Assembly (NCBI GenBank): GCA_032153875.1
Contig: JALDYP010000004.1
Coordinates: 2,775 to 66,774, forward strand
Source of the DNA: Methylophilus sp.
GTDB lineage: Bacteria; Pseudomonadota; Gammaproteobacteria; Burkholderiales; Methylophilaceae
DNA length: 64,000 nucleotides
Direction: 5' to 3'
The position numbers and the translations under genes are program-made. Under the pieces are notes generated by a model. The model ran no database searches and was not told the DNA's origin. It worked only from the letters and a program-made list of their open reading frames with translations. This document shows positions 48,699-59,890 of the stretch, one piece after another (the first letter of the stretch is position 1; each line of letters begins with the position of its first letter).

Positions 48699-49139
48699 AT
48701 GTTGAAAAAATTGGATGCCGAATTAAATGTACTTCAAACTGCACTGCGTATACGCAGTCAGCGTCAAGAATTACTTGCCTCTAACATTGCAAATGCAGAT
48801 ACGCCGCAATACAAGGCGAAAGATATTGATTTCAAGTCAGCCATGCAATCAGCAATCCAACAGGCTGAAACTAACGCTACTGCATCAACAGCTCCAAGAG
48901 CAGGCATTCTTAAACAAACTAGCAATGAGCATTTGAGTGGAGATCCAGCTCAAGTGAAAGGGCACTCTGGAGATGCTCTATTTCGCTCTCTAGTACAAGG
49001 TTCTGTAGATGGTAATACTGTAGACATGGATTTAGAGAGAAACGAGTTTGTAGACAACAGCCTTCGCTACGAAGCTGGTGTCACTTTAATGACAGATAAA
49101 CTTAAAGAAATGATGACTGCAATTAAAGGAAGTAGCTAG
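48699..49139 (+). CDS. flgB: Orphan FlgB-like flagellar basal-body rod protein
   Basis: RQELLASNIANADTP.YKAKDIDF and DGNTVDMD.ER..F..N..RY motifs. Confidence 0.85.
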   Translation: MLKKLDAELNVLQTALRIRSQRQELLASNIANADTPQYKAKDIDFKSAMQSAIQQAETNATASTAPRAGILKQTSNEHLSGDPAQVKGHSGDALFRSLVQGSVDGNTVDMDLERNEFVDNSLRYEAGVTLMTDKLKEMMTAIKGSS

Positions 49140-49308
49140 CCTATTTGGATTGGCAATTACCAAATCAATTATAGAAGCATCAGGACAAAATTAAAGTACG
49201 GCCTCACGAGCCCTTCACTTGATCATAATCGTGATGATGAAACGACGAAAAAATTACTTTGATATGAATTGACTTGTTGAAACTAAAATACGGTGATAGA
49301 GTAATTTG

Positions 49309-49671
49309 ATGGTAAGATTTTTTCGTACAATTGCTGTTGTTTTGACATTTGCTCTGGCTACAAGTCCAGTGCTGGCAGCTATTTGCGCGACTTCATGTGT
49401 TTCTCATTCTGTAATTTCGTCTATGCAGTCAGATGTCATGGCCCATATGAAAAATTGCCATGAAAGTAAAATGAGTAAAGACAAGCAGCAAAAATATAGT
49501 CATGACCATAAGCCTTGTTCGATAGGTGCTGGTTGTCAGTACACTCAAGTAACGCCGATTGAATCATCTGCTAAATATGTTTTCGCCGCTTTACCCGCAG
49601 TTTCCTTTCCTAGTTTCACCCCTTCGGAAAAATCCGCAGATCTATCTCCTCCGTTAAAGCCTCCAGCTTGA
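49309..49671 (+). CDS. Small exported Cys/His-rich protein (CopL/CzcI-like)
   Basis: Signal peptide, CATSC, H..C....C, C-terminal PPLKPPA. Confidence 0.6.
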   Translation: MVRFFRTIAVVLTFALATSPVLAAICATSCVSHSVISSMQSDVMAHMKNCHESKMSKDKQQKYSHDHKPCSIGAGCQYTQVTPIESSAKYVFAALPAVSFPSFTPSEKSADLSPPLKPPA

Positions 49672-49732
49672 AGTGATGCACTAGGGCCTAATTACGCCCT
49701 AAATCTGCACATTTAAGTTTAGGAGAGCTCTC

Positions 49733-51040
49733 ATGAATGCCCCCTGTTTGGCGGTTACGCCAAGAATCATATGCATGTCTTTTTGCATGATGACAGTGTT
49801 GGCTATATTTTTGGAGGTTGGTACTGCAAAAGCAGAACAACCGCTGACATTAGCTGAGTCAATACAATTAGCAACACAAAACCAACCATTGCTTCAGTCA
49901 CTTGATGATGCCGCTATGGCATCACGTCAAGCAGCTATCGCCGAAGGTCAATTACCAGACCCTAAGATTAAGTTTGGTGTCATTAATTTACCTGTGACCA
50001 GAAATGATAGCTTACGTTTTGATCGCGATGACCAAACTATGGCCAATCTCGGTCTCGCGCAAGATATGACTCCTCGCAGAAAACGTGAGGCGGCCTCCAA
50101 TCGCATGCTAGCTGAAGCCGATCAGTTCTATACAGAGCAAATAGCGACTGCTAGAACTATTGAACGCGATGTGGCTTTAGCATGGTTGGATGTATATGAG
50201 GCTCAACGAAAGTCTGACCTCTATCAACGCATGACTGACGACATGGTGGCTGAGCGTAAAGTGCAGGCTGCCAGTGTCAGTTCTGGTGCTATAAAAACCA
50301 GCGATGTACTGCGCATGGACACCCAAATTTCCATGACCAATGAAAAGCGGATTGTTGCACTTCGTGATGAACGCAAAGCTCGCGCTACTTTGGCTCGCTG
50401 GATTGGTCAGGCTGCATCACGTTCGATCTCCTCTGAACTTCCAGGCATCACCGATACCTCCCCCCACAATGCTCTTCAAGCAGAATTAGATAAGCATCCG
50501 TTACTACTCAACGCTGCTCAATCTGAAAAAGTTGCTCAGCTCGATGTAGATAATGCGCAAGCTAATTTGGAGCGTAATTGGGGCTGGGAAATCGGCTATG
50601 GGAAACGTTTTGCAGACCGTAGTGACATGCTGAGTGTTCAAGTATCGATTGATCTGCAATTGGATCGTGCGAATCGACAAGATAGGCGTACTGCAGAAAA
50701 GCTGATTTTGGTAGAGAAAGCACGAAAGCTTACCGAAGACCGGCGACGTGAGCTTTCTTTCGAATTAGAAAGCGCTATGGCAGATGCACAGGCTGCTGAT
50801 GCTCGTGAGAATGAGCATCTCTCAAAACTTATCCCCAATGCTGAAGCTAAATTAAATATCGCGCGTGCAGCATATCAATCCGGAAAGCAACCTCTCAGCG
50901 ACGTTTGGGATGCTCGTAGAGATGTTTTAGAAATCGAGTTAGATCATTGGGCCATCTTGACCGACAAGCAACGGGCCGCCGTCAGAATTGGCTATTTATT
51001 AAACGATAGTCGTCTATTTAAACAAATTGAAAAGGAATAA
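49733..51040 (+). CDS. TolC-family outer-membrane protein of a Cus/Sil-type efflux system
   Basis: LTL.E...LA...QP.L and GQLPDP motifs; heads the cusB/cusA cluster. Confidence 0.85.
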   Translation: MNAPCLAVTPRIICMSFCMMTVLAIFLEVGTAKAEQPLTLAESIQLATQNQPLLQSLDDAAMASRQAAIAEGQLPDPKIKFGVINLPVTRNDSLRFDRDDQTMANLGLAQDMTPRRKREAASNRMLAEADQFYTEQIATARTIERDVALAWLDVYEAQRKSDLYQRMTDDMVAERKVQAASVSSGAIKTSDVLRMDTQISMTNEKRIVALRDERKARATLARWIGQAASRSISSELPGITDTSPHNALQAELDKHPLLLNAAQSEKVAQLDVDNAQANLERNWGWEIGYGKRFADRSDMLSVQVSIDLQLDRANRQDRRTAEKLILVEKARKLTEDRRRELSFELESAMADAQAADARENEHLSKLIPNAEAKLNIARAAYQSGKQPLSDVWDARRDVLEIELDHWAILTDKQRAAVRIGYLLNDSRLFKQIEKE

Positions 51041-51043
51041 ATC

Positions 51044-51364
51044 ATGAAAACAACATACGTCTTAGTCATTGCTACATTTTTAGTAACGATCACTGCTTGT
51101 TCCAAACAGGAAAGCCCTGCCGCTTCTAGCAGCGAAACAATGACAGAAATGCCAGCAGTGGAAAAGTCAGTAGAAGCCAAGCCTCACGCAATGCTCCCTA
51201 ATGAAATTGACCCTAGCGATATGAGCGGCACTAATGTGGAACAAGATGCTAGCGGTAAAAAAATATTGTATTGGCATGACCCAATGGTGCCAGACCGTCA
51301 TTTCAGTAAATCAGGCCTATCTCCATTTATGGAAATGCAGCTTGCACCTAAATATGCTGAATAA
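51044..51364 (+). CDS. Small lipoprotein with a heavy-metal-binding domain
   Basis: Lipobox ITAC; YWHDPMVP..F...G.SPFMEMQL.PKY. Confidence 0.7.
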   Translation: MKTTYVLVIATFLVTITACSKQESPAASSSETMTEMPAVEKSVEAKPHAMLPNEIDPSDMSGTNVEQDASGKKILYWHDPMVPDRHFSKSGLSPFMEMQLAPKYAE

Positions 51365-51387
51365 CTGGACATCATTAAGGAAATAAA

Positions 51388-52983
51388 ATGAAACGACTCC
51401 ATTTAGTGATAGTTCTGATTTTATTATTACTATCAGCAGGAATAGGTTGGTCTATTGGACAAAGATCCATGCAATCACCCATGGCTCAGGATAAACCAGG
51501 CGATGATTTGATGACGACTAAATCCAGTGATGGAGTCGTTCAAGATGGCAGCGGTAAAAGAGTTAAATACTGGTATGACCCAATGGTGCCAGATCAGAAG
51601 TTTGACAAACCAGGGAAGTCTCCCTTTATGGACATGCAGCTCGAACCTAAATACGCCACTGAAGGAAGTGATGGTGAGGAAAGCGGTGTCGCAATTTCAT
51701 CACAGACAGCACAAAACTTGGGGATCAGACTAGAGAAAGTGTCCTTTAAAAACTTCGGTGAATCACTCTCTGCGATTGGCCGAATCGAACCAGACGAGCG
51801 ACATATCTATGCAGTTCAAACACGCATCCCGGGATTTGTTGAGCGCTTATCAGTCCGTGCAGTAGGTGATCCAGTCATCAAAGGCCAGAAAGTTGCAGAA
51901 GTCTATGCACCAGATTTGTTAGCGGCTCAGCAAGAGTATCTAGCATTATTGGGACTTCATAGTGTTGATAGTGACAACTCTCTAAAGCAAGCAGCCTTCA
52001 ATCGACTGAAACTACTTGGCATGACTGAGAGTGAAGTGGCCGCTATTTCGAAATCCGGTAAAGCAAGCCCAAGATTTGGCGTATATGCCCCCGCATCAGG
52101 AATAGTCACCGAGTTAGGCGTTCGAGAGGGTGCTCAATTGATGGCCGGCAGTTCATTAATTCAAATTTCCAATCTTTCTCAAGTCTGGATGATTGCAGAG
52201 GTTCCAGAGCGCGATGCAGTTAGTTTGAAACCTGGTATTGCTGCTGAGGTTCGGATGCAAAGTCTTCCTAATGAAGTTTTTAAAGGGAAGGTAGGTTATC
52301 TATATCCGATCTTGAACGATGCTACTCGAACCATACAAGTGCGTATTGAATTACCAAACAAAGACAATCGTTTGCGCCCCGGCATGTATGCCAATGTGGA
52401 ATTTACAGGACAAACCCACGAAGCTTTATCTGTGCCTACTGAAAGCATCATTGCTACAGGTCAGCGCAAAGTGGTCATAGTAAAAGAGGACAATGGTTAT
52501 CGCCCCGTCGAAATCGAAACCGGACAAGAGCGTAATCAGTTTACTGAGGTTTTAGCCGGCTTAGTCGAAGGTGAACAAATTGTTGCTTCAGGTCAATTCT
52601 TGATCGACTCAGAAGCATCGCTTTCTGGTGTCCTGGCAAGGCTATCGCAACATAGAAATACTTCCGAGATGAATGACACTAAATCTGACATGCCCAAGGA
52701 GAAGATGCCTATGGGGCATGGCAAAGTAATAGATGTAGATCCAAAATCGAATCATGTCACACTGAACCATGAGCCCATCACAGAAATTGGCTGGCCTTCA
52801 ATGACGATGGGATTTAAGGTAAAGGATAGTAGTCAGCTTACAAAACTTAGAACTGGGGACGAAGTTGAATTCGTTTTAAAAGCCGAAGCATCCGCTGAGC
52901 AAGGTATGCCAGCACAATACATGATTGATCGTATTATAAAGATTGAGCCGATGAAAAACAGTATGAAAGGGGCGAAACCATGA
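51388..52983 (+). CDS. cusB: CusB-like adaptor with a C-terminal CusF domain
   Basis: [18 protein letters not shown] core, [10 protein letters not shown], and CusF motif [14 protein letters not shown]. Confidence 0.88.
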   Translation: MKRLHLVIVLILLLLSAGIGWSIGQRSMQSPMAQDKPGDDLMTTKSSDGVVQDGSGKRVKYWYDPMVPDQKFDKPGKSPFMDMQLEPKYATEGSDGEESGVAISSQTAQNLGIRLEKVSFKNFGESLSAIGRIEPDERHIYAVQTRIPGFVERLSVRAVGDPVIKGQKVAEVYAPDLLAAQQEYLALLGLHSVDSDNSLKQAAFNRLKLLGMTESEVAAISKSGKASPRFGVYAPASGIVTELGVREGAQLMAGSSLIQISNLSQVWMIAEVPERDAVSLKPGIAAEVRMQSLPNEVFKGKVGYLYPILNDATRTIQVRIELPNKDNRLRPGMYANVEFTGQTHEALSVPTESIIATGQRKVVIVKEDNGYRPVEIETGQERNQFTEVLAGLVEGEQIVASGQFLIDSEASLSGVLARLSQHRNTSEMNDTKSDMPKEKMPMGHGKVIDVDPKSNHVTLNHEPITEIGWPSMTMGFKVKDSSQLTKLRTGDEVEFVLKAEASAEQGMPAQYMIDRIIKIEPMKNSMKGAKP

Positions 52984-55900
52984 TCGCTCGTCTCATACGT
53001 TGGTCATCAAACAATCGATTACTGATATTGCTGGCAACATTGATGGTGATTGCATGGGGGATATTCGCCATGCTAAGAACACCACTCGATGCAATTCCAG
53101 ACTTATCTGATACACAAGTCATCATTCGTACACCATGGCCTGGTCAAGCCCCACAAATTGTTGAAAACCAGCTGACCTATCCTCTTACAACGACAATGCT
53201 CTCAGTGCCAGGGGTGAAAACTGTACGCGGCTATTCGTTCTTTGGTGACTCGTTTGTATATATATTATTCAACGATGGCACCGACCAATACTGGGCGAGA
53301 TCTCGTGTGCTGGAGTACTTAAGTCAGATTTCCTCAAAATTGCCTAAAGGCGCTAATCCTAGTTTAGGACCGGATGCTACCGGCGTCGGCTGGGTGTATG
53401 AATATGCGCTTATAGATAAAAGTGGCAAACATGACTTAAGTGAACTGCGGTCATTGCAGGACTGGTTTCTTAAGTTTGAGTTAAAAACTATACCGGGAGT
53501 CGCTGAAGTGGCAACACTAGGCGGCATGGTCAAACAGTATCAGGTTCAAGTTGATCCAAATAAATTGCGTAACTACCGCATACCTTTATCCAAGGTTGTG
53601 TCTGCGATTGAATCTGCAAATCAGGAAACAGGTGGCTCTGTCGTAGAAATTGCAGAAGCTGAGTACATGGTTAGAGCACATGGTTATTTGGAGTCGATTG
53701 ATGACTTTCGCAAGATCCCCTTGATGGTGAGCAACTCCGGGACACCGATACTTCTATCTGATGTCGCTCGCGTACAAATTGGACCCGAACTTAGACGTGG
53801 ACTCGCAGAATTGAATGGTGAAGGAGAAGTAACTGGTGGCGTGATTGTTATGCGCGCTGGTCAAAACGCGCTTGAAACCATAGATGCAGTGAAAGCCAAA
53901 CTTGCGACACTCAAAAAAAGCCTGCCTGAAGGGATAGAGGTTGTGACTACTTATGACCGATCTCAACTCATTAAACGTGCCGTCGATAACCTAACAAATA
54001 AACTGATAGAAGAGTTTGTTGTAGTCGCTTTGGTTTGCGTCCTGTTCCTTTGGCACTTCCGTTCAGCTTTAGTAGCAATTGTTGCATTGCCGATAGGTGT
54101 ACTAGTCAGTTTTATTGTCATGTATTACCAAGGAGTCAATGCCAACATTATGTCGCTGGGCGGCATTGCGATCGCTATTGGAGCAATGGTGGATGCTGCA
54201 ATCGTGATGATCGAGAATGCGCATCGGCAACTTGAAGACTTTAAGGCCCGACATGGCGAGCTTAGCCATGCTCAACGCCTGACCGTCATTATTGATGCTG
54301 CCTGTGAGGTAGGACCAGCACTGTTCTTTTCTTTGTTAATTATTACTTTGTCGTTTATTCCTGTATTTACCCTAGAGGCTCAGGAAGGTAAGTTGTTTGC
54401 GCCATTAGCGTTTACCAAGACTTACGCGATGGCAGCTGCCGCAGGATTGTCCGTCACATTGATTCCTGTATTGATGACGATCTTTATTCGGGGCCATATT
54501 CGTGCTGAACATGAGAATCCTATTAATAGATGGCTGATTGCAATTTACAAGCCAGTACTAGACAAAGTGCTACATTTTCCAAAAGTCACTTTATGTGTTG
54601 CATTGGTTTTAGTGCTGATCACGCTCTATCCACTAGGCAAACTCGGTAGCGAATTCATGCCGCCACTTAATGAGGGTGACTTACTTTACATGCCTACAGC
54701 TCTTCCAGGGCTGTCTGCTTCAAAAGCTTCAGAAATACTGCAATTGAGCGACAGGCTTATCAAAACTGTGCCCGAGGTAAAATCAGTCTTCGGTAAGAGT
54801 GGTCGAGCCGAAACTGCCACTGATCCCGCACCCTTGGAAATGCTAGAAACCACCATTCAGTTGAAACCGCGTGAAGAATGGCGTGCAGGCATGACTCCAG
54901 AAAAATTAGTGAAAGAACTTGATGCACGTTTAAAAATTCCCGGTATGGCTAATGTGTGGGTACAACCTATTCGCAATCGGATTGATATGTTATCTACAGG
55001 TATCAAAAGCCCAGTTGGTATCAAAATTAGTGGCGCTGATCTAACTACCTTAGAAAAACTAGGCGAAGAGGTCGAGCGCCTTATGAAAAAGATACCAGGT
55101 GCTACCTCGGTAATCTCTGAAAGAGTAACGGGTGGACGTTACATTGATGTCAAAATAGACCGACCCAAAATTGCACGCTATGGCTTGAATATCAGTGATG
55201 TACAGATGTTGGTTTCTACTGCGATTGGTGGTGACAATGTGGGAGAAAAAATTGAAGGTTTAGCACGCTTCCCAATAAATGTAAGATTTCCCCGAGAAAT
55301 ACGTGACTCTGTGGAAAAGCTCAAGGCGCTTCCTATCATCACCGAGCAAGGTGCCACGGTCCCCCTTGGCGACGTGGCAGCAATCACTGTGACGAGTGGT
55401 CCGCCTATGATAAAAAGTGAGAATGCTCGGCCTAATGTCTGGGTTTATGTAGATATCCAAGACCGCGACTTAGGTGGATTTGTTAAAGATGCGAAAGCAA
55501 TGTTAGATAAAGAGCTGCGTTTACCAGCAGGTTATTCACTTGCCTGGTCGGGACAGTTTGAATATTTTGAACGTGCCGCCAAACGACTCAGTTATGTTGT
55601 GCCGATGACCATAGGAATTATCTTTATCCTTTTATTTTTGTCATTTAAACGCATGACACCAGCGTTGTTAATTTTAGGTAGTTTGCCATTTTCTCTGGTT
55701 GGGGCAGTTTGGTTTCTTTACTTCTTAGGGCATCATTTTTCTATTGCTAGTGGAGTAGGTATGATTGCACTATCGGGACTCGCCGCTGAGTTTGGCATCA
55801 TTATGTTGGTGTACTTAGATGATGCAATTGAACGATATAGGTCCACTGGCAAACTAAATAATGAAGCAGACTTGTATGACGCATTGATTGAAGGTGCGGT

Positions 55901-56096
55901 CTTACGTGTACGACCAAAGGCAATGACAGTTGCAGTAATTCTGGCTGGTTTGATACCGATTCTGATTGGCACTGGAACAGGTTCGGAGGCGATGAGCCGT
56001 ATTGCAGCCCCTATGGTGGGTGGCATGCTGACTGCACCATTGCTATCATTATTTGTGCTCCCTGCTGCATATATTCTGCTTAAAAGGAAAAAATAA
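52980..56096 (+). CDS. cusA: Cu(I)/Ag(I) RND efflux permease
   Basis: [39 protein letters not shown] and RVRPKAMT. Confidence 0.95.
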   Translation: MIARLIRWSSNNRLLILLATLMVIAWGIFAMLRTPLDAIPDLSDTQVIIRTPWPGQAPQIVENQLTYPLTTTMLSVPGVKTVRGYSFFGDSFVYILFNDGTDQYWARSRVLEYLSQISSKLPKGANPSLGPDATGVGWVYEYALIDKSGKHDLSELRSLQDWFLKFELKTIPGVAEVATLGGMVKQYQVQVDPNKLRNYRIPLSKVVSAIESANQETGGSVVEIAEAEYMVRAHGYLESIDDFRKIPLMVSNSGTPILLSDVARVQIGPELRRGLAELNGEGEVTGGVIVMRAGQNALETIDAVKAKLATLKKSLPEGIEVVTTYDRSQLIKRAVDNLTNKLIEEFVVVALVCVLFLWHFRSALVAIVALPIGVLVSFIVMYYQGVNANIMSLGGIAIAIGAMVDAAIVMIENAHRQLEDFKARHGELSHAQRLTVIIDAACEVGPALFFSLLIITLSFIPVFTLEAQEGKLFAPLAFTKTYAMAAAAGLSVTLIPVLMTIFIRGHIRAEHENPINRWLIAIYKPVLDKVLHFPKVTLCVALVLVLITLYPLGKLGSEFMPPLNEGDLLYMPTALPGLSASKASEILQLSDRLIKTVPEVKSVFGKSGRAETATDPAPLEMLETTIQLKPREEWRAGMTPEKLVKELDARLKIPGMANVWVQPIRNRIDMLSTGIKSPVGIKISGADLTTLEKLGEEVERLMKKIPGATSVISERVTGGRYIDVKIDRPKIARYGLNISDVQMLVSTAIGGDNVGEKIEGLARFPINVRFPREIRDSVEKLKALPIITEQGATVPLGDVAAITVTSGPPMIKSENARPNVWVYVDIQDRDLGGFVKDAKAMLDKELRLPAGYSLAWSGQFEYFERAAKRLSYVVPMTIGIIFILLFLSFKRMTPALLILGSLPFSLVGAVWFLYFLGHHFSIASGVGMIALSGLAAEFGIIMLVYLDDAIERYRSTGKLNNEADLYDALIEGAVLRVRPKAMTVAVILAGLIPILIGTGTGSEAMSRIAAPMVGGMLTAPLLSLFVLPAAYILLKRKK

Positions 56097-56453
56097 TAGT
56101 GTATTCCTGTGATATTGAGCATCCATTCCAACTAAATTGAGCAATACAAATCCATTTTTTAATTGGAGGCTTCATTATTTTGGCGATATCACGGGTGCAC
56201 AGGAACGCGTTAGTTTGCTTTCCTCAAAGTAAGATTAGATTTTATTAAAAAATGCCTATTTGAAGCTTAAAATTTACTGATGATAATTAAAAAACTTTGC
56301 AGTAAGAATTATTTATGACATGGCTTTATGTCAATTGACATAATTGCATTAAGTTGCTGAATTTAAATAAAGGCAGTTAATCTCTCTATTCTGCACCTGA
56401 ACTCAGTGCCTCAAGGTAATGTCACTCTTATTTAGACCTCTAAGGAGACATTC

Positions 56454-56945
56454 ATGAAAAATTCAACTTCTGATAATCAACACCATGCAATGGCATCCAT
56501 GAAATACTCAACTTTTGCTTTTATGATTATGGTCGGTACTTTCATCATGTTTGGATTAATGTATTTCAATACTTTTTCTTTAGATCATCTCTTTTTCAGT
56601 GAGACTAGATCTTATATGGCGCTCATGATGGGCGCCGTCATGGCTATGGTTATGCTGATTTTCATGTGGAAAATGTACCCCAATAAAAAGTTGAATGCAG
56701 TGGTTCTTATTGTAAGTAGTGTTGTATTCTGTGTTTCGCTATGGTTAGTAAGAAGCCAAGCGACTGTAGAAGATGTTGCTTACATGCGAGCTATGATTCC
56801 TCATCACTCGATAGCTATCTTAACCAGTGAGAGAGCAAACATAAATGACCCCAGAGTTCGAAAACTTGCGGATGGAATCATTGAAGCTCAGCGTAAAGAG
56901 ATTGTAGAGATGAAAAATCTTATTCAAGATTTGGAAAAAGAATGA
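56454..56945 (+). CDS. DUF305 membrane protein
   Basis: Met-rich TMs plus MIPHHSIAI..AQRKEI.EM. Confidence 0.8.
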   Translation: MKNSTSDNQHHAMASMKYSTFAFMIMVGTFIMFGLMYFNTFSLDHLFFSETRSYMALMMGAVMAMVMLIFMWKMYPNKKLNAVVLIVSSVVFCVSLWLVRSQATVEDVAYMRAMIPHHSIAILTSERANINDPRVRKLADGIIEAQRKEIVEMKNLIQDLEKE

Positions 56946-57000
56946 GCCTAGCTCATCTGAATAGTATCAAGAGCTGCAAAAATTATGAATAGAGAGTAAA

Positions 57001-57037
57001 TAATCACCGAGGAAAAATCTGTTATTCTCGGTGATTA
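57001..57037. repeat. Inverted repeat between convergent genes (possible terminator)
   Basis: TAATCACCGAG ... CTCGGTGATTA. Confidence 0.55.
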
Positions 57038-57114
57038 TTCCAATCTTTCCATCAAATTAAATACACCAACAGCAAAAAGTCTAATCTGTTGAATGCACTA
57101 TCTTTAACTAAATG

Positions 57115-58509
57115 TTAATGACCTGAATGGTTAGTTGGTTTCCTTACGTTTACCTCAAACCCGTCTTTATCATTAAACTTTTGACGCAGAACCTTAGTTG
57201 TATCTACCTCAACGGCATGGGCAACTGTGCCGCTGGGATTTTTATAATCACCTGGATTTTTGTAGTCATTTTTAGCGAGTCCATCTCGGACTTTCACGGT
57301 CGTGAACATCCCCCCCATCTCAAGTGAGCCAAACTGTCCGTTGCCCATCATCATTGGTAATGTATTTTTGGGTAATGGCATATCCATCATCTCGGACATA
57401 TCTGTCATTTCCGACATGCCCGTTTCACCCATAGGCATGTAGTCAGGTACGAGGTTAGTGATTTTCTTCATCAGATCACCTTGTTTCACACCTATCATGG
57501 TGGGGAAACTGTGCCCCATCGCATTCATGGTGTGATGACTTTTGTGACAGTGAAATGCCCAATCGCCAGGCTCGTTTGCAACAAACTCAATGGCGCGCAT
57601 TTGACCAACGGCAACATCAGTGGTTACTTCGGGCCAACGTGCGGTTTTTGGTACCCATCCACCATCAGTGCCAGTGACTTCAAACTCATGTCCATGTAAA
57701 TGGATGGGATGATTTGTCATAGTCAGGTTCCCTACGCGAATGCGTACACGGTCATCCTTACGAACCACAATGGGATCGATACCTGGAAAGGCGCGGCTAT
57801 TCCATGTCCATAAATTGAAATCCAGCATGGTGTTCACTTTAGGGGTGAAGCTTCCAGGCTCGATGTCATAGGCGTTAAGCAAAAATACAAAATCGCGATC
57901 CACCGGCATGAACTTAGGGTTCTTGGGATGCGTGATCCAACTGCCCATCATCCCCATGGCCATTTGCATCATTTCATCGGCATGCGGGTGATACATGAAC
58001 GTTCCTGGGCGTCTGGCTTCAAACTCATAAACAAAGGTTTTACCAGGCTCAATGGCTGGCTGCGTCAGACCACTGACACCATCCATGCCATTCGGCAAAC
58101 GTTGCCCATGCCAGTGCACACTGGTTTTCTCTGGCAAGCGGTTTGTCACAAAAATACGGACACGATCACCTTCAACCACTTCAATCGTAGGACCAGGACT
58201 TTGACCATTGTAGCCCCAGAGATTAGCCTTCATGCCGGGCGCGATTTCTCTGACCACAGGCTCTGCGACCAAATGAAACTCCTTGACGCCATTATTCATC
58301 TTCCAGGGCAAGCTCCAGCCATTCAAAGTAACTACCGGTTGATACGAGCGCCCTGTACCAGGATAAAGTGGGTCTTGTGTGTTTGCCACCTCGGAGGTGA
58401 TGATTTCCGGGATGGCTGCCAATGCCACCTTGCTGACAGCACTGACTACAACACCAGCCATGCCTAATCCAGCATATTTAAAAAAGTTTCTTCTATCCAT
58501 AGTTGTCAT
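57115..58509 (-). CDS. Tat-exported multicopper oxidase
   Basis: DRRNFF Tat motif; HWHG, YHPH, HPIHLHGH and HCHKSHH Cu sites; Met-rich tail. Confidence 0.92.
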   Translation of the reverse strand: MTTMDRRNFFKYAGLGMAGVVVSAVSKVALAAIPEIITSEVANTQDPLYPGTGRSYQPVVTLNGWSLPWKMNNGVKEFHLVAEPVVREIAPGMKANLWGYNGQSPGPTIEVVEGDRVRIFVTNRLPEKTSVHWHGQRLPNGMDGVSGLTQPAIEPGKTFVYEFEARRPGTFMYHPHADEMMQMAMGMMGSWITHPKNPKFMPVDRDFVFLLNAYDIEPGSFTPKVNTMLDFNLWTWNSRAFPGIDPIVVRKDDRVRIRVGNLTMTNHPIHLHGHEFEVTGTDGGWVPKTARWPEVTTDVAVGQMRAIEFVANEPGDWAFHCHKSHHTMNAMGHSFPTMIGVKQGDLMKKITNLVPDYMPMGETGMSEMTDMSEMMDMPLPKNTLPMMMGNGQFGSLEMGGMFTTVKVRDGLAKNDYKNPGDYKNPSGTVAHAVEVDTTKVLRQKFNDKDGFEVNVRKPTNHSGH

Positions 58510-58510
58510 C

Positions 58511-59890
58511 TTATTGACCTTCCATCAAACGGGGACTCGCGACTAAAGTCGCTTGCAATTCAGCATCAGCCAGCCAGAAGTCACGTAATGACTCGATATA
58601 ACCTTTCACGCTTTGCACTTGCGCCCTGGCGTCACCAAATAATTCAAATGGGCTGGTGAGCATGCCGTTATAGCGTAGTTGGTCCTCGTACAATATGCGT
58701 TTGCGTAAGGGCACAATCTCATCGCGTATGTGACGAGTGACATCATGTTTGGTGCGATAGGTGTTGTACCGCTCACGTATCTCAGATTGCGCATTGGTCA
58801 CCAACTGTGCAGTTTCCTGTACAGACTGCATATACATTGACTCTGCCCGTGGCACCTTAGCCTGACCCCAGTCAAACAACGGGATTTCAAAAGCGATATC
58901 GATACCTTTCTTGTAAGGCTCGCTTCTCCTACCTTCCAATACACGTGCTGGGCCTAACTCGATCACGTTGATAAACCGCGTGGTTTTGGTCAGTCCTAGC
59001 TGCTTCGCCAAAGCGTCCATTTCAGAGCGTTTAACGAGCAGGTCCAATCGTTGTTCATAGGCATTTTGTTCAAATGCCTGCAACGCCGAAAGCGACTTAG
59101 GCAGATCAGGTAACCGAGATTGGATGTTGAGTTGTGAAGCTTTTACGCCTAATTGCCTGGCTAAAGCCTCATATGCCCGAATTTCAGCATTTTTCGCATT
59201 AGCATATTCCAGTGCGGCATCTGCATAGAAGCTTTGCTCACGTGACTGCTCTAATCGATTCCAGTTGCCGGTTTCATGCAGCCGTTTAGCCAACTCTGCA
59301 CTGGCCTCTGCAGACTCTTTTACTTGCGCGCTATATCTGGCCAGTTCAGTAGCGGCTACCGCATTAAAATAAGCTGTACGTGTCTGATAGGCGAGTTTCA
59401 GGACTTCAATAGCGGTAGATGCTTGTGTCTGGGCAAAACGTCTTTTTTCAACCTCTACTGCTTTAGGCATAGTGATCAATGAGAAGACGTTGAACGTGAA
59501 TGCTTGCTCAATCTTATACTCACCACCATTACGCGCATATAGCATAGAGAAGCGTGGGTTGGGCAGACGGCCTGCCTGTACAAGGTCCGCTTCTGAAATA
59601 CCCAGCTCATAGAATGCAGCTTGTAGACCTTTGTTGTTATAAAGCGCCACCTGTACTGCACCCTCTACATCCAAAGGTTGTGCGAGCAATGCTTGGGTCT
59701 TGTCCTGCAGGGACTTTGTAGACTCTTCTGTCTTAGCCCATTCATATTCTTGTTTCAGGTGCGGTTGAGTTTGTTTTTGTACCTCATCCATGCCGCCATC
59801 TTTTGAGAAGGTCGCGCACCCACCTAATAACAAGCTTACGGCAACAAGAATGGCACTGCGTGCTCTGAGATTTCCAATATTAGTGCTCAT
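58511..59890 (-). CDS. TolC-family outer-membrane lipoprotein of a copper-resistance operon
   Basis: Lipobox LGGC, AV..AL.NN.GLQA, GRLPNP and EIPLFDWG; start at MSTNIG. Confidence 0.85.
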   Translation of the reverse strand: MSTNIGNLRARSAILVAVSLLLGGCATFSKDGGMDEVQKQTQPHLKQEYEWAKTEESTKSLQDKTQALLAQPLDVEGAVQVALYNNKGLQAAFYELGISEADLVQAGRLPNPRFSMLYARNGGEYKIEQAFTFNVFSLITMPKAVEVEKRRFAQTQASTAIEVLKLAYQTRTAYFNAVAATELARYSAQVKESAEASAELAKRLHETGNWNRLEQSREQSFYADAALEYANAKNAEIRAYEALARQLGVKASQLNIQSRLPDLPKSLSALQAFEQNAYEQRLDLLVKRSEMDALAKQLGLTKTTRFINVIELGPARVLEGRRSEPYKKGIDIAFEIPLFDWGQAKVPRAESMYMQSVQETAQLVTNAQSEIRERYNTYRTKHDVTRHIRDEIVPLRKRILYEDQLRYNGMLTSPFELFGDARAQVQSVKGYIESLRDFWLADAELQATLVASPRLMEGQ

